A DNA stretch of 64,000 nucleotides from Lama guanicoe (GCA_013239625.1 MU053758.1:868001-932000); one strand, 5' to 3'. Positions 38,533-51,760 are shown, counted from the stretch's first letter. The notes: generated by a model not told the origin, from the letters alone. Translations and numbers: made by a program.

Positions 38533-40997
38533 CGTTAAAAACTAACATTTCTTGAGCTCCTGCTAGGAAACTCATACCGAGAACTATGTTTGATACTTTT
38601 ACAAATCTTACCTTGTTTAAGCCTCACAAAGCATTTCAAAGTAGATGTTATCCTCATTCTCAAAACATAAAACCAAGGCTAAAAACAGTTAAAATATTTT
38701 CCCCAAAGCTTTATGGCAAGCAATTGAAAGATCTAGGGTTTAAACCAAGGTACACATGACTTCAAAACTAATACATATTCTACCATATCACACCACTACT
38801 CATCTGCTTTATCTGTTTTGTATTAACGCATAATGTCTATACTTTTTCTTTTATTCATCACATCTATTGTGTTATTCATTTGACTGTCTTTCTTACCAGA
38901 AAAATAACTTCTTGAAAGTTATATTTGTTTCTTGTTTATCTTGGTACTCCCAAGGCTCTCAGAACATTACCTGACACATAACAGATGCTGAATAAGGTTA
39001 CAGGATTGGATTGGCTCTCATTACAATTGAGTTGAGCTGAACAATACAGTTACCTTCAATCTCAGAATTTTGCATTTCTAATGTTTTGGGCTCTGGATGC
39101 CATTTCCCTCATGCCAGGTGACATGTGGAGCCTCAGTTGTCTTTGCAACTGTCCATGTATAGCTCTGAACCAACTTCATCCTGACCAATTCTTCCCAGGA
39201 ATGTGACTGAGGAACACAGTCATTAGCATATATAAGTTCCTGGAAAACTGTCTTCTATCTCATATATTTGCTGTAGTCGGTGGAGTATACTCAGTCTTTA
39301 AGGAATAATTAAAATAGTCTGTGGCTCTAATTAAAGTAGTCTGGGTATTTTTAAGAAACCTATATACAAGAACAAGCTGAGTGCTGACATCACGTTAATT
39401 GTGTTATTTTTAGTAGCGCTGTCACCGGGGACAGCAATATGGCACCCGATGCCTTTTTAATCCTCGTATCTGGATGTACAATGTTAAATAACCAGCATCT
39501 TAAGAGGAAAGGCATTAAAGCATAAATAAATAAAGCTGTTATGAAAACTCAGAAAATTATCTAAATGCACTTGAATAAGGAGTCATGTAGTGATTAAATT
39601 GCTAGCTATGAAGACAAATGCCCTTAACACCTTTCACTACCAGAAACAAATAACCAAACAGTTGGAACTCTTGTCCTGTGAGGGTGGGAGAGCCAGAGAG
39701 AAAAGTTGTTGTGCTTAAATTTTATAGTATTTGATCTGTTTAAATTACAAGCTGTTCTTATTTGTACTAGAAGTCAGAATTTTCCCCCTTCTTTCTAGTC
39801 CCTTTATCTAAATCTTGGCCAAACAGGGAAGACACGGCCCAGCAAAACCACACGTTCTAGCATCGCAGTTCTTTCACTTTTCTTTTGATATGAAGAGTCA
39901 AAACTATTTCCTCTTAATATCCTCCTTCATCTGAATCCCAACTGAACATTAAAACCCATTGTGGCAAAGTAGCCCCATTTAATTTTCTGTAGCTGAAATA
40001 GGGTTTCTTTTAAATGGGCTGCCCAGAACCGGTGGCCTCACCAGACTGTGATGCCCACGGCCACAACAGCTGCCAAGTTCCCAGTGAAGGTGGAATGTTT
40101 CTTCTGTAAAATTTACCCACGAGGCAGTCACCAAACCAAGCTTCTCTAGTTTCTTACTGTTCCCCAAGATCAGGATGCAAAAAAAAAAAAAATGCATTTC
40201 TTGGAAATAATCAAAGCACAATGACTTACACAAGGACACGATCACAGGTGTGGGTGTCCACTATGAAATCTGGCTCTGGATCACCTGTGAACCTAAGAAA
40301 AGGAAGATTAGGAAGCGAATTTATGTGAAAATAATAGAAACTGTTGGTTGGGTTTTGTAGGCTGAAGTTCTGGAGTTAATCATTATTCTGCAGAATCCTG
40401 AATGATGTTGCTTGTAGCTTTCCTACGCAGACAGTGTCCCCATGGGAGTCCCACTAACGGTCTTTTGTCAGGCACTATCAGCAGTATCGAGCCAACCTGA
40501 GCACCGTATTATTAATCCTTTTCTCCTGGTGACATGACAGCGATCGATGTCTGAACACGCTATTGAAACTGTAGCAATCAAGTGGACTCCAGTTAATCCA
40601 ATGGGATACTTACTCAGAGCTTATGGGAAGGACAGGGAATTTTTTTCTAACTCTGTACTATTCCCTTATCCTTACACTCTGCGCCACTATAATTTGAGTA
40701 AAGGTTGACATTTACCCAGGTCTGTAAATACACAGGGAACCCTAACCGGTGACTCGGATACACTCGTATCACCTTTGCAACCATCTGCCACTTCTGCAAA
40801 TACATAAACTCGTGGTTGTTGTAAAAATAGTCCGTGCCTATGTAAATACAAAGCAAGGACAATGAAACATTTATGTGGAAAGGTACTCACCTGGTGGTGT
40901 TTTTGGACTTACAGAAAGCGATCAGCAGTTACAAAGGATAGTATGTACAACACAAGGTTAGCAGATTTCCTGTCCTCTGTTTCAGACAGAAGGAAGT

Positions 40998-41120
40998 CTA
41001 AAGTGGTGGTGCCCCAACTTAGCTGTGAATGCAGGTTCCTGGGTCCCATTCCCACAGGTTGTGATTCAGCTTATCTGAGGTGATGCCCAGTAATCTGCAT
41101 TTTAAGCTTCAAGGTGACTG
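40998..41120. mobile_element. MER5-like MITE remnant
   Basis: aatgcaggttcctgggtcccattcccacaggttgtgattcag...gcccagtaatctgcattttaa...aggtga. Confidence 0.65.
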
Positions 41121-41705
41121 GCTTGAAACAGCAGTCTTCAGGCTATGCTTCAAGGTGCTTTAGGGCTTCCTAAGAGGCACCTAAGTGGTTTATAGGGTAG
41201 GGCAGGAGGGACAAGGGGAACAAAAGCCAAGAAGGCCAGAGCTGTCCTCGTCTTTACTAGCAAGTGCATCACTTTTCACAACTTACCTTAGCTTCTTGAT
41301 TCAATTTCTCTGGCTGTAAAATCCGTAGTAGTAATATACCTTTATTTATTCCACATGGGTATTTTGAGAAGCGTGAATAGGAGAGTATAAAGAAAATAAG
41401 GAATTACAGAGGATAAAGCCAACTTTCCAGTCAGCATAGGAGTCTGTTAACATGAGATCACAGTCTCTGCTTAACCCTACAGTGAGCTGGGCCTCCTGCC
41501 TCAGGGCTACCATTGCTCCCCAGGGCCAGGGGTTAGGGCAGCTCTCCAGAGTCTGAAGGGTTTTTCTAATGCTGAGCCTAACCCTCCCTTCCATTAGCTT
41601 CTGCTCACAGATCCTAGTACTCCTACTACTCCCAGTTTATATGGCTAGCCCTGCAAATATTTCAAGACAGTTACATCTCAGGCTAAAACTCTTTGCCTTC
41701 TTGAA

Positions 41706-41832
41706 GGGGAAGACTTGGCTCAGTGGTAGAATGTGTGCTTAGTATGCACGAGGTCCTGGGTTCAATCCCCAGTACCTCCATTAAAATTTTTAAAAAGCCA
41801 AAAAATAAATTAATTAATTTTTAAAAATAAAA
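41706..41832 (+). mobile_element. tRNA-Ala-derived SINE (camelid vic-1-like) with AT-rich tail and TSD
   Basis: A box tggctcagtgg, B box ggttcaatccc, tRNA-like body ending CCA at 41780, then an A/T tail. TSD taaaactctttgccttctt (41684-41702) vs taaaattccttgccttctt (41833-41851), 17/19 identical. Confidence 0.9.
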
Positions 41833-42104
41833 TAAAATTCCTTGCCTTCTTAAGCTATTCATTGGTTAACTCATTTTCTGAAATTCTCTCACATACTTAT
41901 TTGTGTAGTAGCCTTCCTCAACTTACGCCAGTTGTTAAGTTAATTTGCTTTTATTCTGCACCTGAGTTGTCATGTTTTGCACTCAGCCCTCTTCAGCATG
42001 TCCTTCGGCAACACGTGCTTTCACAGCAGCTATAGCAATAAGCCCCGCTGCACTTAGTTGTTTCTGAAATGAAAGTGTAAGTACTGGGCTGAAAGAACTA
42101 GTGT

Positions 42105-42298
42105 GCAAGACGCCTCTCAAACGTGGTTGCAGGATAGAATCGTTTAGAAGAGATTATTTTTAAAATGAAAATTTCCAATGACCTCAACCAGAAATTCATC
42201 CTGAGATCCAGAGCAACAAGGGGTGAGGCTCTAGAAAGTGTATCTTTAAGGTGCCAGGTGATTGCTGCAAGTGCAGCTGGCCTGAAAAACCACTGTGC
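42105..42298. mobile_element. MER5-like hAT MITE
   Basis: tctcaaacgtggttgcaggatagaatc...ccaggtgattgctgcaagtgcagctggcctgaaaaaccactg. Confidence 0.6.
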
Positions 42299-44029
42299 AC
42301 ACTCACTGGAGAACACTAAATGGTTTAAAGAGTCTGGGACAGAGAGACCTAAACCCTGCCTGCATCTGCCCCTTAACTGGCATGAGACCTGTGTAAGCAA
42401 CTTAAATGCCAGAGCCTTCTTTCCTCATCATCTGCCTCACATCTACCCCTTCCATCATCAGGATCACATGAGATGATACATGTAAGACACTGTTATCATA
42501 AAGGACTACCCAATGTCTTTTTTATGTGTGTATTTTTATATAAATTTCAGTCAAGTGAATATTTTTATACCTCTATTCTATTCCATTTTGATATATATTT
42601 GTCTAATAAAAGTTTAGGATCTTGTAGTCATACATGTTTATTCATTCATAGAACAAATGTAAGAGATGATTATTTATTTTATTTGTGTAAATGTGTTTGA
42701 GTAGTCAATCAGCAAATTATTCTTTTTGCTGGGCATCATCTTCCCTGTCCCCATCCAGCAGTTCTAGAAGAATCTACAGAAAAAGACCTTCAAGTTTAAC
42801 ACAGAACAAAGTTTTGGTGATGCCCTAACCTGGCATGGACCTAAGGAGACATCCTGGAAGGGTCCCATGCAGACAGCAAGTTCTAAGAAATAGGTTTCAA
42901 CAAGAAAATTGCCTGGCTTATTATTTTTAATTTAATGAATCTTGTTCCTGTAAAAATTGCAGGGCAGATATTCCAGGAAATCAGCATCTTTTTTTAGCCC
43001 TGGAGCAGACAGCCCAGTAGTGGCCATGGCTGGACAAGTGTGCCTGACCTGCGTTCCAACCCAAAGGGGCATTGTTGAAAAGTGAGAAGGATTTTTCAGT
43101 GCCAGGTCTGAGGCTGGGTGTTCCGTCTTCCCACAGAGACTGTCAGCAAGGAGGCGAATTTTGAAATGAAATTTTGTGATGTGTATATTTTCCACTAAAA
43201 ACTGGACAGAGCCCAAAACTCATTTCTCAGAGCTCCTTATCCAAGCACAAGATGAGGAATGGTCTTTGGTCATTAGTGCTTGCTTTGGAATAGCCCAGAG
43301 GTGAGAGAGTTGCTGTTGGATTTCATTAATCTGAAGAATAGTGTTTAGGTTAAAATGCCTTCCTGGTGTTTTAATTGGGGAGCATAACATTGGTGTTCAG
43401 CATCAGGCAAGTTTAAGGAGGGAAAAAAAATTTGTGGTGGTGAGTTGAACCTGAATAAAAAACTGTGAATGTTTTATGACAACAACAAAAAAAAAGTTTA
43501 TTTTTGGCAACCTTTTTGATCCTTCCAGACAACTGATACTCATTATTCTTGCTTCATTTCCAAGTTTATGTAATAAAAACAAAAAATGAAATAAATTTTT
43601 CATCATAAGGCTTCAGAACTCCCTAAGCTGAAAAGAGTATTCATTCTTTCCACATGCTTATTGGGTACCTACAACATGCAGGCATTGTGCTAGGCTGAGG
43701 ATAAAGAGCGTAAGATTCAGACCTTACCATTGGGGATGAGGACAAGAACACAGCTCTAGTGGGTGAGGGCAGTGCTAAGAAGTGCAGCAGTCCTCTTCTA
43801 GCTGAGCATCAGATGTTAAACCATGGTGTCTTTCCTTACCTGTCCCAGCCCTTACCCCACCTGCATGTAGGAAGCCCTGGGCCAGGAATCACAAGGGGCT
43901 ATTAGGAATCCCACCACACCAGCCTCTCCTTCAACTCAGGTGTGTGGTGCCTAGTTCTCCCTCCTGTCTCCCTAGATGCCAGAAACCTGGCCTTAAACCA
44001 CAGCCAGTAAGCTAAAATGCTTGGCAGTG

Positions 44030-44215
44030 AGCTCTGGCACTCCCTAGCTGTGTAATGTAGACAAATTACTTACTCTTTCTGTGCCTCAGTTTCTTTGTCT
44101 ATAAAGTGGGAGTGTGCCTACCTTATATGGTTGTTATATAAAAACTGAATGAGTTGATACATGTAAAGCACTTAAAACAACAGCTGGCACATAAGTGGAA
44201 TCTAATAAATGTTAG
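44030..44215 (+). mobile_element. MIR
   Basis: tagctgtgtaatgtagacaaattacttactctttctgtgcctcagtttctttgtctataaagtggg...tgtaaagcacttaaaacaacagctggcacataag. Confidence 0.85.
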
Positions 44216-44559
44216 CCAGGCTATTTCCTCAGTTCTAGCAAAGTACCTAGTTCAAGGTTTAAATTATGCCTACCTTTATCTACATGTTGGGTGTGATTTG
44301 GGAATCTAACACAGTCTTGCAGCAATATCTTAATAATGCTCCGAAAGCAGAAACTAACCTATAGAAGCATCTGTTACTAGCTCTGGCCAGATGTCAGAAA
44401 ACATTTAGGGCTATTCAAGTGTCATTGCTCTCTATGGGAGGTTCATTAAGAACACAAATGTTCTATATCCTGTCCTTGAGTTAGACGCAATACAGTAGCC
44501 AAAAAATTAGAAATATTTTAGAGACAGACAGACTTTTCCTTGGTGAGTTACAAATATTT

Positions 44560-44615
44560 CTCTCTTCCCTCTCTCTCTCTCTCTCTGTCACATACACACA
44601 CACATACACACACAT
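44560..44615. repeat. Compound (CT)n/(CA)n microsatellite
   Basis: Read directly. Confidence 0.85.
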
Positions 44616-44819
44616 AACTTATATAATGGTAGTTCCAGCAATCATAATGATACTGAATCACATTAATGTCTCTGTACACATAAGCCTAACAGCTTAATTC
44701 TAGATATTAAATATGGGTCATTATATCTCTGCTACTCATTAATGCTCAGGAGATACATAGGAACACACTTTGAAATGCATGACAGAATTTATAGCTTCAG
44801 TATTTGTCTTTATTTAACC

Positions 44820-45045
44820 AACATTTATATAATACCTAAGTGTCAGGCATAGTTCTAAGCACTTTTCAAATAATAACTCATTTTTCCCTCATAACAACTA
44901 TATAAGGTAGATATTACCATTACCCCCAACTTGCAGATGAGAAAACTGAGGCCCAGGGAGCAATTTACTCAAGTCTCACAGCTAGTAAATGGAAGAACCA
45001 GGATTCAAAGCAGGCCATTTGGCTGTAGAGTCCATGCTCTTCACC
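44820..45045 (-). mobile_element. MIR, near full length
   Basis: acatttatataatacctaagtgtcaggcatagttctaagcacttt...gcagatgagaaaactgaggcccag...cacagctagtaaatggaagaaccaggattcaaa. Confidence 0.9.
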
Positions 45046-45994
45046 CAGATTCTTTATTGACCAGAAACTTCACTTCTTCCAGTCCTCACAATAAAAACAT
45101 AATAAATTTTTCTGAGCTATTTTATTGACTCTCCTTTCTCTTGATATAAATTTCCAAAATGCCAACACTCTGCATTCGATAAAATTCTTAACACAGAGTA
45201 TTAGTGCTCAATCAGCATTTATTAGTGGTAGTGACAATACATACAATTTAAGCTTTAAAACTTTTTCCAGCCCCTTTCTCTATTGAGCTGAAGCCCAGGT
45301 GACAGGGGTCCCAGGTAGGAACAAAGAAGGATCCAAGAATCTTAGACCTGGGAAGGAGCCATGTACTCGTGAGGTCCAGCCCACGAGTTCTACAGATCAA
45401 AATACAGATGGATCAAATGACTGGCCCACCATTACAGAACCACTTAGCAGCAGAGCTGGGACTAGGGCACAGGACAAGAATGGATAGGAGCAGTTGAGGA
45501 AACAGTCCTGCTGGAAACTGTCTTAATTTCTTGTGAGCCAAGGCTCTTTCCATTATACCATGTTCCTTCCCCATCTACAGAAACTCAAGTAAGACTTGGA
45601 GGTTCACTCCAATCTTGGAAGTCAGAGTAGGGGAAAATCCAGAATGCAAGTTGCTAAGTAGGACTTGAAGAATTAGCCTGTGCCAGAATTCAAAGGAAGG
45701 TCAATAGCCAAAACTAGAAAGATAAGCGAAGGTCAAGGCCAAGAGGAAGATGCATTAAAGGGTGAGGCAGAACAGCTCAAGTCCAGGCAAACAAAAGGTG
45801 AAGAGTTAGGAAAGAGTAATTGAAATTGTGATAACCTGCCCTTTTCAAAGCCCAGGTAGATGCTCAAGAACTTCTAAATTTGGGGGAGGATGCACTGTTC
45901 CCTGGAAGATACATCCCTTTTGAGTGACAAGCATCAAATTGACCATGCATATTATATAGAACTTTTTAACGAGGCCGAAAACACCAGAACCAAG

Positions 45995-46198
45995 TTTAGT
46001 GTCCACTTTAAAAAAAGATGAAATTATGGGCTGCCACAGCTCATCTAAGAGATCCGTGCACAGTAAGCTTCTCAATATCTTAATTTATCTGCCAGTGAAG
46101 ACTGGACGACTGAGCCGATTCAGCTGGGAATTGAACCTGCGGTTCCAGGAAGTCTAGATATTTCAAACCTCCTACTTAGTCCATTAAGATATCCCCTC
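45995..46198 (-). mobile_element. AmnSINE2-like (tRNA-head DeuSINE) ancient SINE relic
   Basis: Minus strand: A-box-like tatcttaatggactaag, B box ggttcaattccc, then ggctcag...agataaatt...gcttactgtg...tctcttagatgag...gtggacactaaa. This resembles the AmnSINE2/Deu consensus as recalled. Confidence 0.6.
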
Positions 46199-47322
46199 CA
46201 AGAACATAATGTAGTTAAAGTAGACTTAGATATCTTTAGTACAGAGAGTGGATTTTATTTCCACTTTGGGAATTTCTGATCCATAGTAGGGAGAGCTACA
46301 GATGGAACTCACCTAAAGTAGTGCCTATGGAATAATGCATGTATGTCAACATGCACTGTCACTTTTCTGATTTACAGTAAAGAAGAGAAAAACCATCTTG
46401 GGAGCAGAATAGATTACAAATGCATTTGCTAAATGGGGGCTTCTCTTATTTTTCCTAAAGACTCACTATTGCCTCTATCGATAAAAATAGAATTAATATA
46501 TACTTACTCAGAGAATCTGAAGAGGGACCACAGATTTCACATGTCTGTCAGGTGGGCCAGTTTATTTGGGGGACAGTAGGGGAACATCCTGTACTATTAT
46601 GGGCTGTCAGCCACAGAGAATGTTTACTAATAAGCCTAGCCATTAAGTTGGGTCAGTGATGGATGGTCTGTGTTCCCCTGCCCGGGCCTGGCATGTGCTG
46701 TGATACTCACTGACCAGCAGCAGCTGTTGTACTGGCTGCCTTGTTAAGGGTCTCGCCAAGTGACATCAGCTATACATCACCCTGGCTGATACCTTTGATT
46801 ATTTGGACAGCTACTGGCATGATGAATCGTTGGGATTGATCTGTCTTTTCTCGCACGTCCTAGTCAGTGTTCGTTACCCATCTCTCTCAACTCTTCATTC
46901 TCAAGTTGAGGGCCCTTATTCCTGCTCTTTCAGATGTATATGCACCTTCTACCCTCTCCAATTTACAGGACCTGCTCATAATGAGAAACTGGGATGAGGC
47001 AGAAGATAAGTACATCGTAGTTAGAACAGACTGACAGGGGAAACAGCAGCCACTCTCTTGCAGGCAGAAAGACAAGGAGAAAACACATTCTTCCATGGGC
47101 ATCGAGGGCTCAGCAGCTTTCATTACTGAGGTCACAGACCTTCCACATATTCCATGTGGTACAAATTAAATTTGAATGCTGTGGGTAACCTGAACAATGC
47201 CTTCTATTTATAAGATCCCTTTCTGCAAGGAGTACAAATCATTTTGCACACAGTATCTGAAGCATCACATTTCTGTAAAAGAAGTTTTATCATCTTGATT
47301 TCACAGAGGGAAAAAAATGAGC

Positions 47323-47327
47323 ATATA

Positions 47328-47363
<36 letters not shown>
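47323..47363. repeat. Compound (GT)11(AT)6 microsatellite
   Basis: Read directly. Confidence 0.95.
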
Positions 47364-49371
47364 CCTTAATCTATTTGATAAATGAATGTACAACACAATC
47401 AATAATGGGGCCTAAAATCTCTGACTCCCTGATATATTAAGACATTTAATTCATTGATTTATAGAATGTTTATTAAGCACCTACTGTGTGTGTCAAGAGC
47501 TGAGAATACAGAAAGCCTTTGTTGGGCAGCCATTAACTCATTGAATCCCACTTGACTCTAAGTCAATATTAGTAAGGGAGAAGTATATGAAAATATGTTA
47601 TTTTACTTTAGAGAATTTACATGCATGTATTAGAGATATAAGTACTATTCCACTTTACCAATCAGCCAGAGGCCACAGTGGTCTACTAAATTATAAATTG
47701 CTGTGTGGTAAAGACAATGTTCTTTATAGTTCTCTCCGAATCTGTCAAAATCGAATAGCAGTAATTTTCAAATCTGTTCTAGCAGACTTGGCAAAACTTC
47801 ACTGAATATGTGTTTGATTTCTTTATATAAATAATTCTACTAACGTAAAATATGGCCATATTATATGTATGCAATATAAACTTTCAACCAGGAGTATACC
47901 CATCTCATCTCTCCTCCCAAAAAGACCGCTGAACTAAGCGTGATCAATGTAGTCTCCAGAAAGTTCCCACTGTGTGGTTGTTTACTAGCTCTTTTTTGGC
48001 CACCTGTAGAAAACTGGTAAAATAACCCAAGATTTAAGAGAAACTTGTGGGAGAAAATTTTAATTTGATGACATTTCTTATCCATTAATTGGGTTTAGGT
48101 ATGCCACATTGTTCCAGAAAGAATCTAAGGCAAGAACTAATTTATTTATTAAAAAGTATTCTTCTGTTTGAAAAATGGAATAGCTTAGTCAATAGAATAG
48201 TTGTAGAACAACTTCATTTAAATCACCTCCACTGCTAGAAAAACACTGGTTTGTTCGTTATTATTTCCTGACTAAAACCTTTCAATGACTTTGCATAACT
48301 AAAAGGAAAACTAGATTATTGGAACATTTTAGCTTGAACTTTGAACTCTTTCATTGTTAGTCCCAGGCTCAGAGATTAAATGCCAAGTTTGTTTCCTAGG
48401 ACGCACCCATATATGCACACCCAGCGAAAGTTCTCAAGTCCAGCTCAAGGTACCCTCCTCCACAGTCTGTGAACACCTCTGTCTCTAAACTTCACATGTT
48501 TATTTTGACACCTGATCATGTATTTTCTTGTGTTGTTACAAACAATTTCACATAGTCCCCTTACCACCCCATGGCCAGCTTCTGAAGCCGTCCGCCCTTT
48601 TCTCTCAGTCCCTAGCACGATACCTGTACCCATAGAACATGCCAATAAAGTTGCGAGTGAATGAGAATAACTCCAAGCAAACTGCTAACCATGGGTCACT
48701 ATGAGCTCATAAAAACTGGCTACATCGGCTTATTTTTACATAATTATCAAATATATGTGACAGTTCTTCTAGACTTGATTTGTGGAATTTGCATAAGTTT
48801 CTATTCTTGGACTGACTGCATGGTTCTGTGGCCTAGCTTATATAGGTAGAGAGGCACTCAGGACACTCACCTGACACTTGGTTTTCAGCAGCTCATGGGT
48901 ACGTGCCAAAAGGACATTGCCATATACTGTACAGTATGTAATTGCAGCATATAATGTAGAAATCTAGCAGTAACCAAGCAAGTATCCAGAAGATGAAGTC
49001 ATATAATTGGTCATATGATTCAGAGACCTGTGGTATTGCTTATAAACTGAGCACCAGTGCCTTGATGTACCAGAAAGCCACTCTGGAGAAGTTGGAAGCC
49101 TGAACTTGGAAGGGCTTTAAATTTCCACATAATTATTTCTCTTATATAGGTCTGTATGAAGTGTAAGTCTTCTTCTGGTTCTTCAGACCTTGTTGCTATA
49201 ACTCTGTTTCCATTAACCAAGCAAGAACCAGCAGGTTTTAGAATGTCAGTTATTTCCAAAACTACACAAGAATTGAACTAAAAACCTGATAGCACTGTAA
49301 CACTGCAGGGCTTGATTTCAAACTATACACCTTTCAAGAGGACATTTTAGGAAGCGTTAAAAATACTCTTC

Positions 49372-49841
49372 TAATGTGAGAGAGACACACATATACATAC
49401 ACACAATGGATTATTACTCAACCATAAAAAGAATGAAATATTGCCATTTGCAGTAACATGGATGGACCTAGACAATATTATACTTAGTGAAGTAAGTCAG
49501 ACAAAGACAAATACTGTATGATATCACTTACATATGGAATCTAAAAATAGTACAAATGAATCTATGTACTAAGCAGAAACAGACTCACATAGAAAACAAA
49601 CTTACGATTCCAAAGGGGAGAGGGAGAAGGCAGGGACAAATCAGGAGTATGGGACTGATTAACAGATACAAACTATTATGCTTAAAATAGATAAGCAGCA
49701 AGGATTTACTGTATAGCACAGGGAATTATATTCAATATCTTATAATAACCTATAATTGAATATAATCTAAAAAAAATCGAATCACTTTGCTATATACCTG
49801 AAACTAACACAATATGCTAAATCAACCATACTTCAATGAAA
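49372..49841 (+). mobile_element. 5'-truncated L1 (cetartiodactyl/laurasiatherian-type 3' UTR), older than the 28 kb copy
   Basis: caatggattattactcaaccataaaaagaatgaaatattgccatttgcagtaacatggatggacctag...ctgtatagcacagggaa...A tail. Probable TSD aaaaatactcttc (49359-49371) / aaaaatattcttc (49842-49854). Confidence 0.92.
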
Positions 49842-50589
49842 AAAAATATTCTTCAATATGCATCTCCTATTTTAGCTAAGTATATTGTTCAGCTACCAAA
49901 AAAAAACGTCTCTAGAATTACATCTCTGGAATGTGGTTTTTCTTAGTGGTAGAAAGAGTATAGGAGTAGAGAGGAAGATAATGAATGGGAAAGAAACTTC
50001 TAGAAAACTCTAGATGATAGCTAACCTATGACTGATTTATATTTGCTTATGAAACCCATTTTGCATTTGCTAAGGGTTTCCTCTAGACCCATCTCTTTTT
50101 ACCCCAGCTTTGCTCCCTAAGAGCCCTTTGGTGACTCCCTCCGCTTCTCAAAGCCCATGGGTGCCTGTAGCTACTTAATTCCTCAGCCAGAGTCCGTAAG
50201 TTCCAAGTTAGCATTTTTTAAATTGACACTTCTGGCACCATCAATGTTGCAGTTGGCCAGGTTTGTTTTAATAATAATTCTTTATACTTACATACCATAT
50301 TTCATCAATCACTACAGTTTATAGATGTTAACCAGTTGTGCTTTCTCCCTCCTTTAGCATCAGGAGGAGCAGGCAACAGAGATTTACAGAGAGAGAAACT
50401 GAGTTGGGAATGTTTCACTGTCAATAAGTAAATTTAGGGCTAGAGCCCTTAAACTTACAGTGCTCTCCGTAGGTATTATTAACAATAAAAACAGGGGGGC
50501 TAATATTTTTGAGCACTTACTCTCACCAGCATTATACTAAGGTTTGTGAAGAGCAAATTTTTGAACTATTCCATCATTCCACTGTTGAA

Positions 50590-50930
50590 CTACAGAATAT
50601 TGCTGAAAGACATCTCAAGGGATCTTATGATCAGTCCATCTGCCAGATGTTTTTCTTTTCTTAAAGATATCCAGGACTTCTGATTCCAGAATCATTTAAC
50701 TTCTTGACTTAGAAATTCCTCCTAGTGTTTAGCTGAAGTTAGTCTTGTTTTAATTTAAGCCTGTTTCCTCTGCTGCACAAGCAGAATAGCTGGTTAGCAC
50801 ACTCCTTACTAAACCTCTGATATGATGCACTATACTGAACTTGAAGGTATAAACCAAATCACCACTTAACCTTATGAGAGTTTCAGGCTAAGAAACAATT
50901 TTTTTCTCTTGCCTATGTAATTTCTCTGAA
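50590..50930 (-). mobile_element. L3/CR1 remnant
   Basis: ttagaaattcctcctagtgtttagctgaagttagtcttgttttaatttaagcctgtttcctct resembles antisense L3. Confidence 0.5.
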
Positions 50931-51062
50931 GTTTTGGGTTTTTTTTAAAAAAATAATTCTATAGTAAATTTCACTCAAGGGGAAACTGCCTTAGTCATTC
51001 TTCCCTTGTTTCCTAGCATTTCAGAAGTTAACACATGCATTTATTAATAACTATACTAATAG

Positions 51063-51760
51063 TTTTTTTGTTAACTTTTTATTGTATATTATACATACAG
51101 AAAAATGTCCAAATTGTAAGCATAGAGTGCAATCATTTTTTAAAACAAAGTGGACACATTCATGTAATCCCAACCCAGATCAAGTTTTAGAGCATTATCA
51201 GCATCCTAGAAGCTTCTCTCTGTGCCCCTTTCCAGTTATTGTCGTCCCCAAGGTTAACTACCACTCTGACTTCTATCAGCAGATTAATTTTGCCTGTATT
51301 TGAACTTCACATGAACAGTCATACAATATACACACTTGTGTGTCTGGACTCTTTCATTCAGCATTGTATTTGTGAGAACTGTCACTGTTTTTGTATGCAG
51401 CATCAGCTCCTTTGTTCTCATTACCATGTAGTATTTCATTTATTCATTTTATTTCATTCTATTGTAGGGAGATATTTTGAGTTTTTTCTGCTTTGGCGAT
51501 ATTATGAGTAATGTTGCTGGGAACATTCTTATACCTGTCTTTCGGTGCACATTGTGTTGGCATTTCTGTTGGATCTATACCTAGGAGAGGTCAGAGGGTT
51601 CAGATTGAATAGATTCTGCCAAGCAGTTTTTCGAAGGGTTTGTACCAATTTACACTCCCAACAACAGTGTGTGAAAATCCCAGTTGCTCTCCATCCTCAC
51701 TGGTACTTAGTACTGTTATTTTTTTCTTAATTTTAGCAATTCTTGTGGGTGGCTTGTAGT
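51063..51760 (-). mobile_element. Old L1 (L1MC/MD/ME-type) 3' region
   Basis: Antisense motifs: atacatacagaaaaatgtccaaattgtaag, ttaattttgcctgtatttgaacttcac, ggtttgtaccaatttacactcccaacaacagtgt. Confidence 0.88.

Noticed and set aside
41706..41780. Functional tRNA-Ala gene
   Set aside because: Genomically encoded CCA, AT-rich tail, TSDs and stem mismatches mark it as a retroposed SINE.
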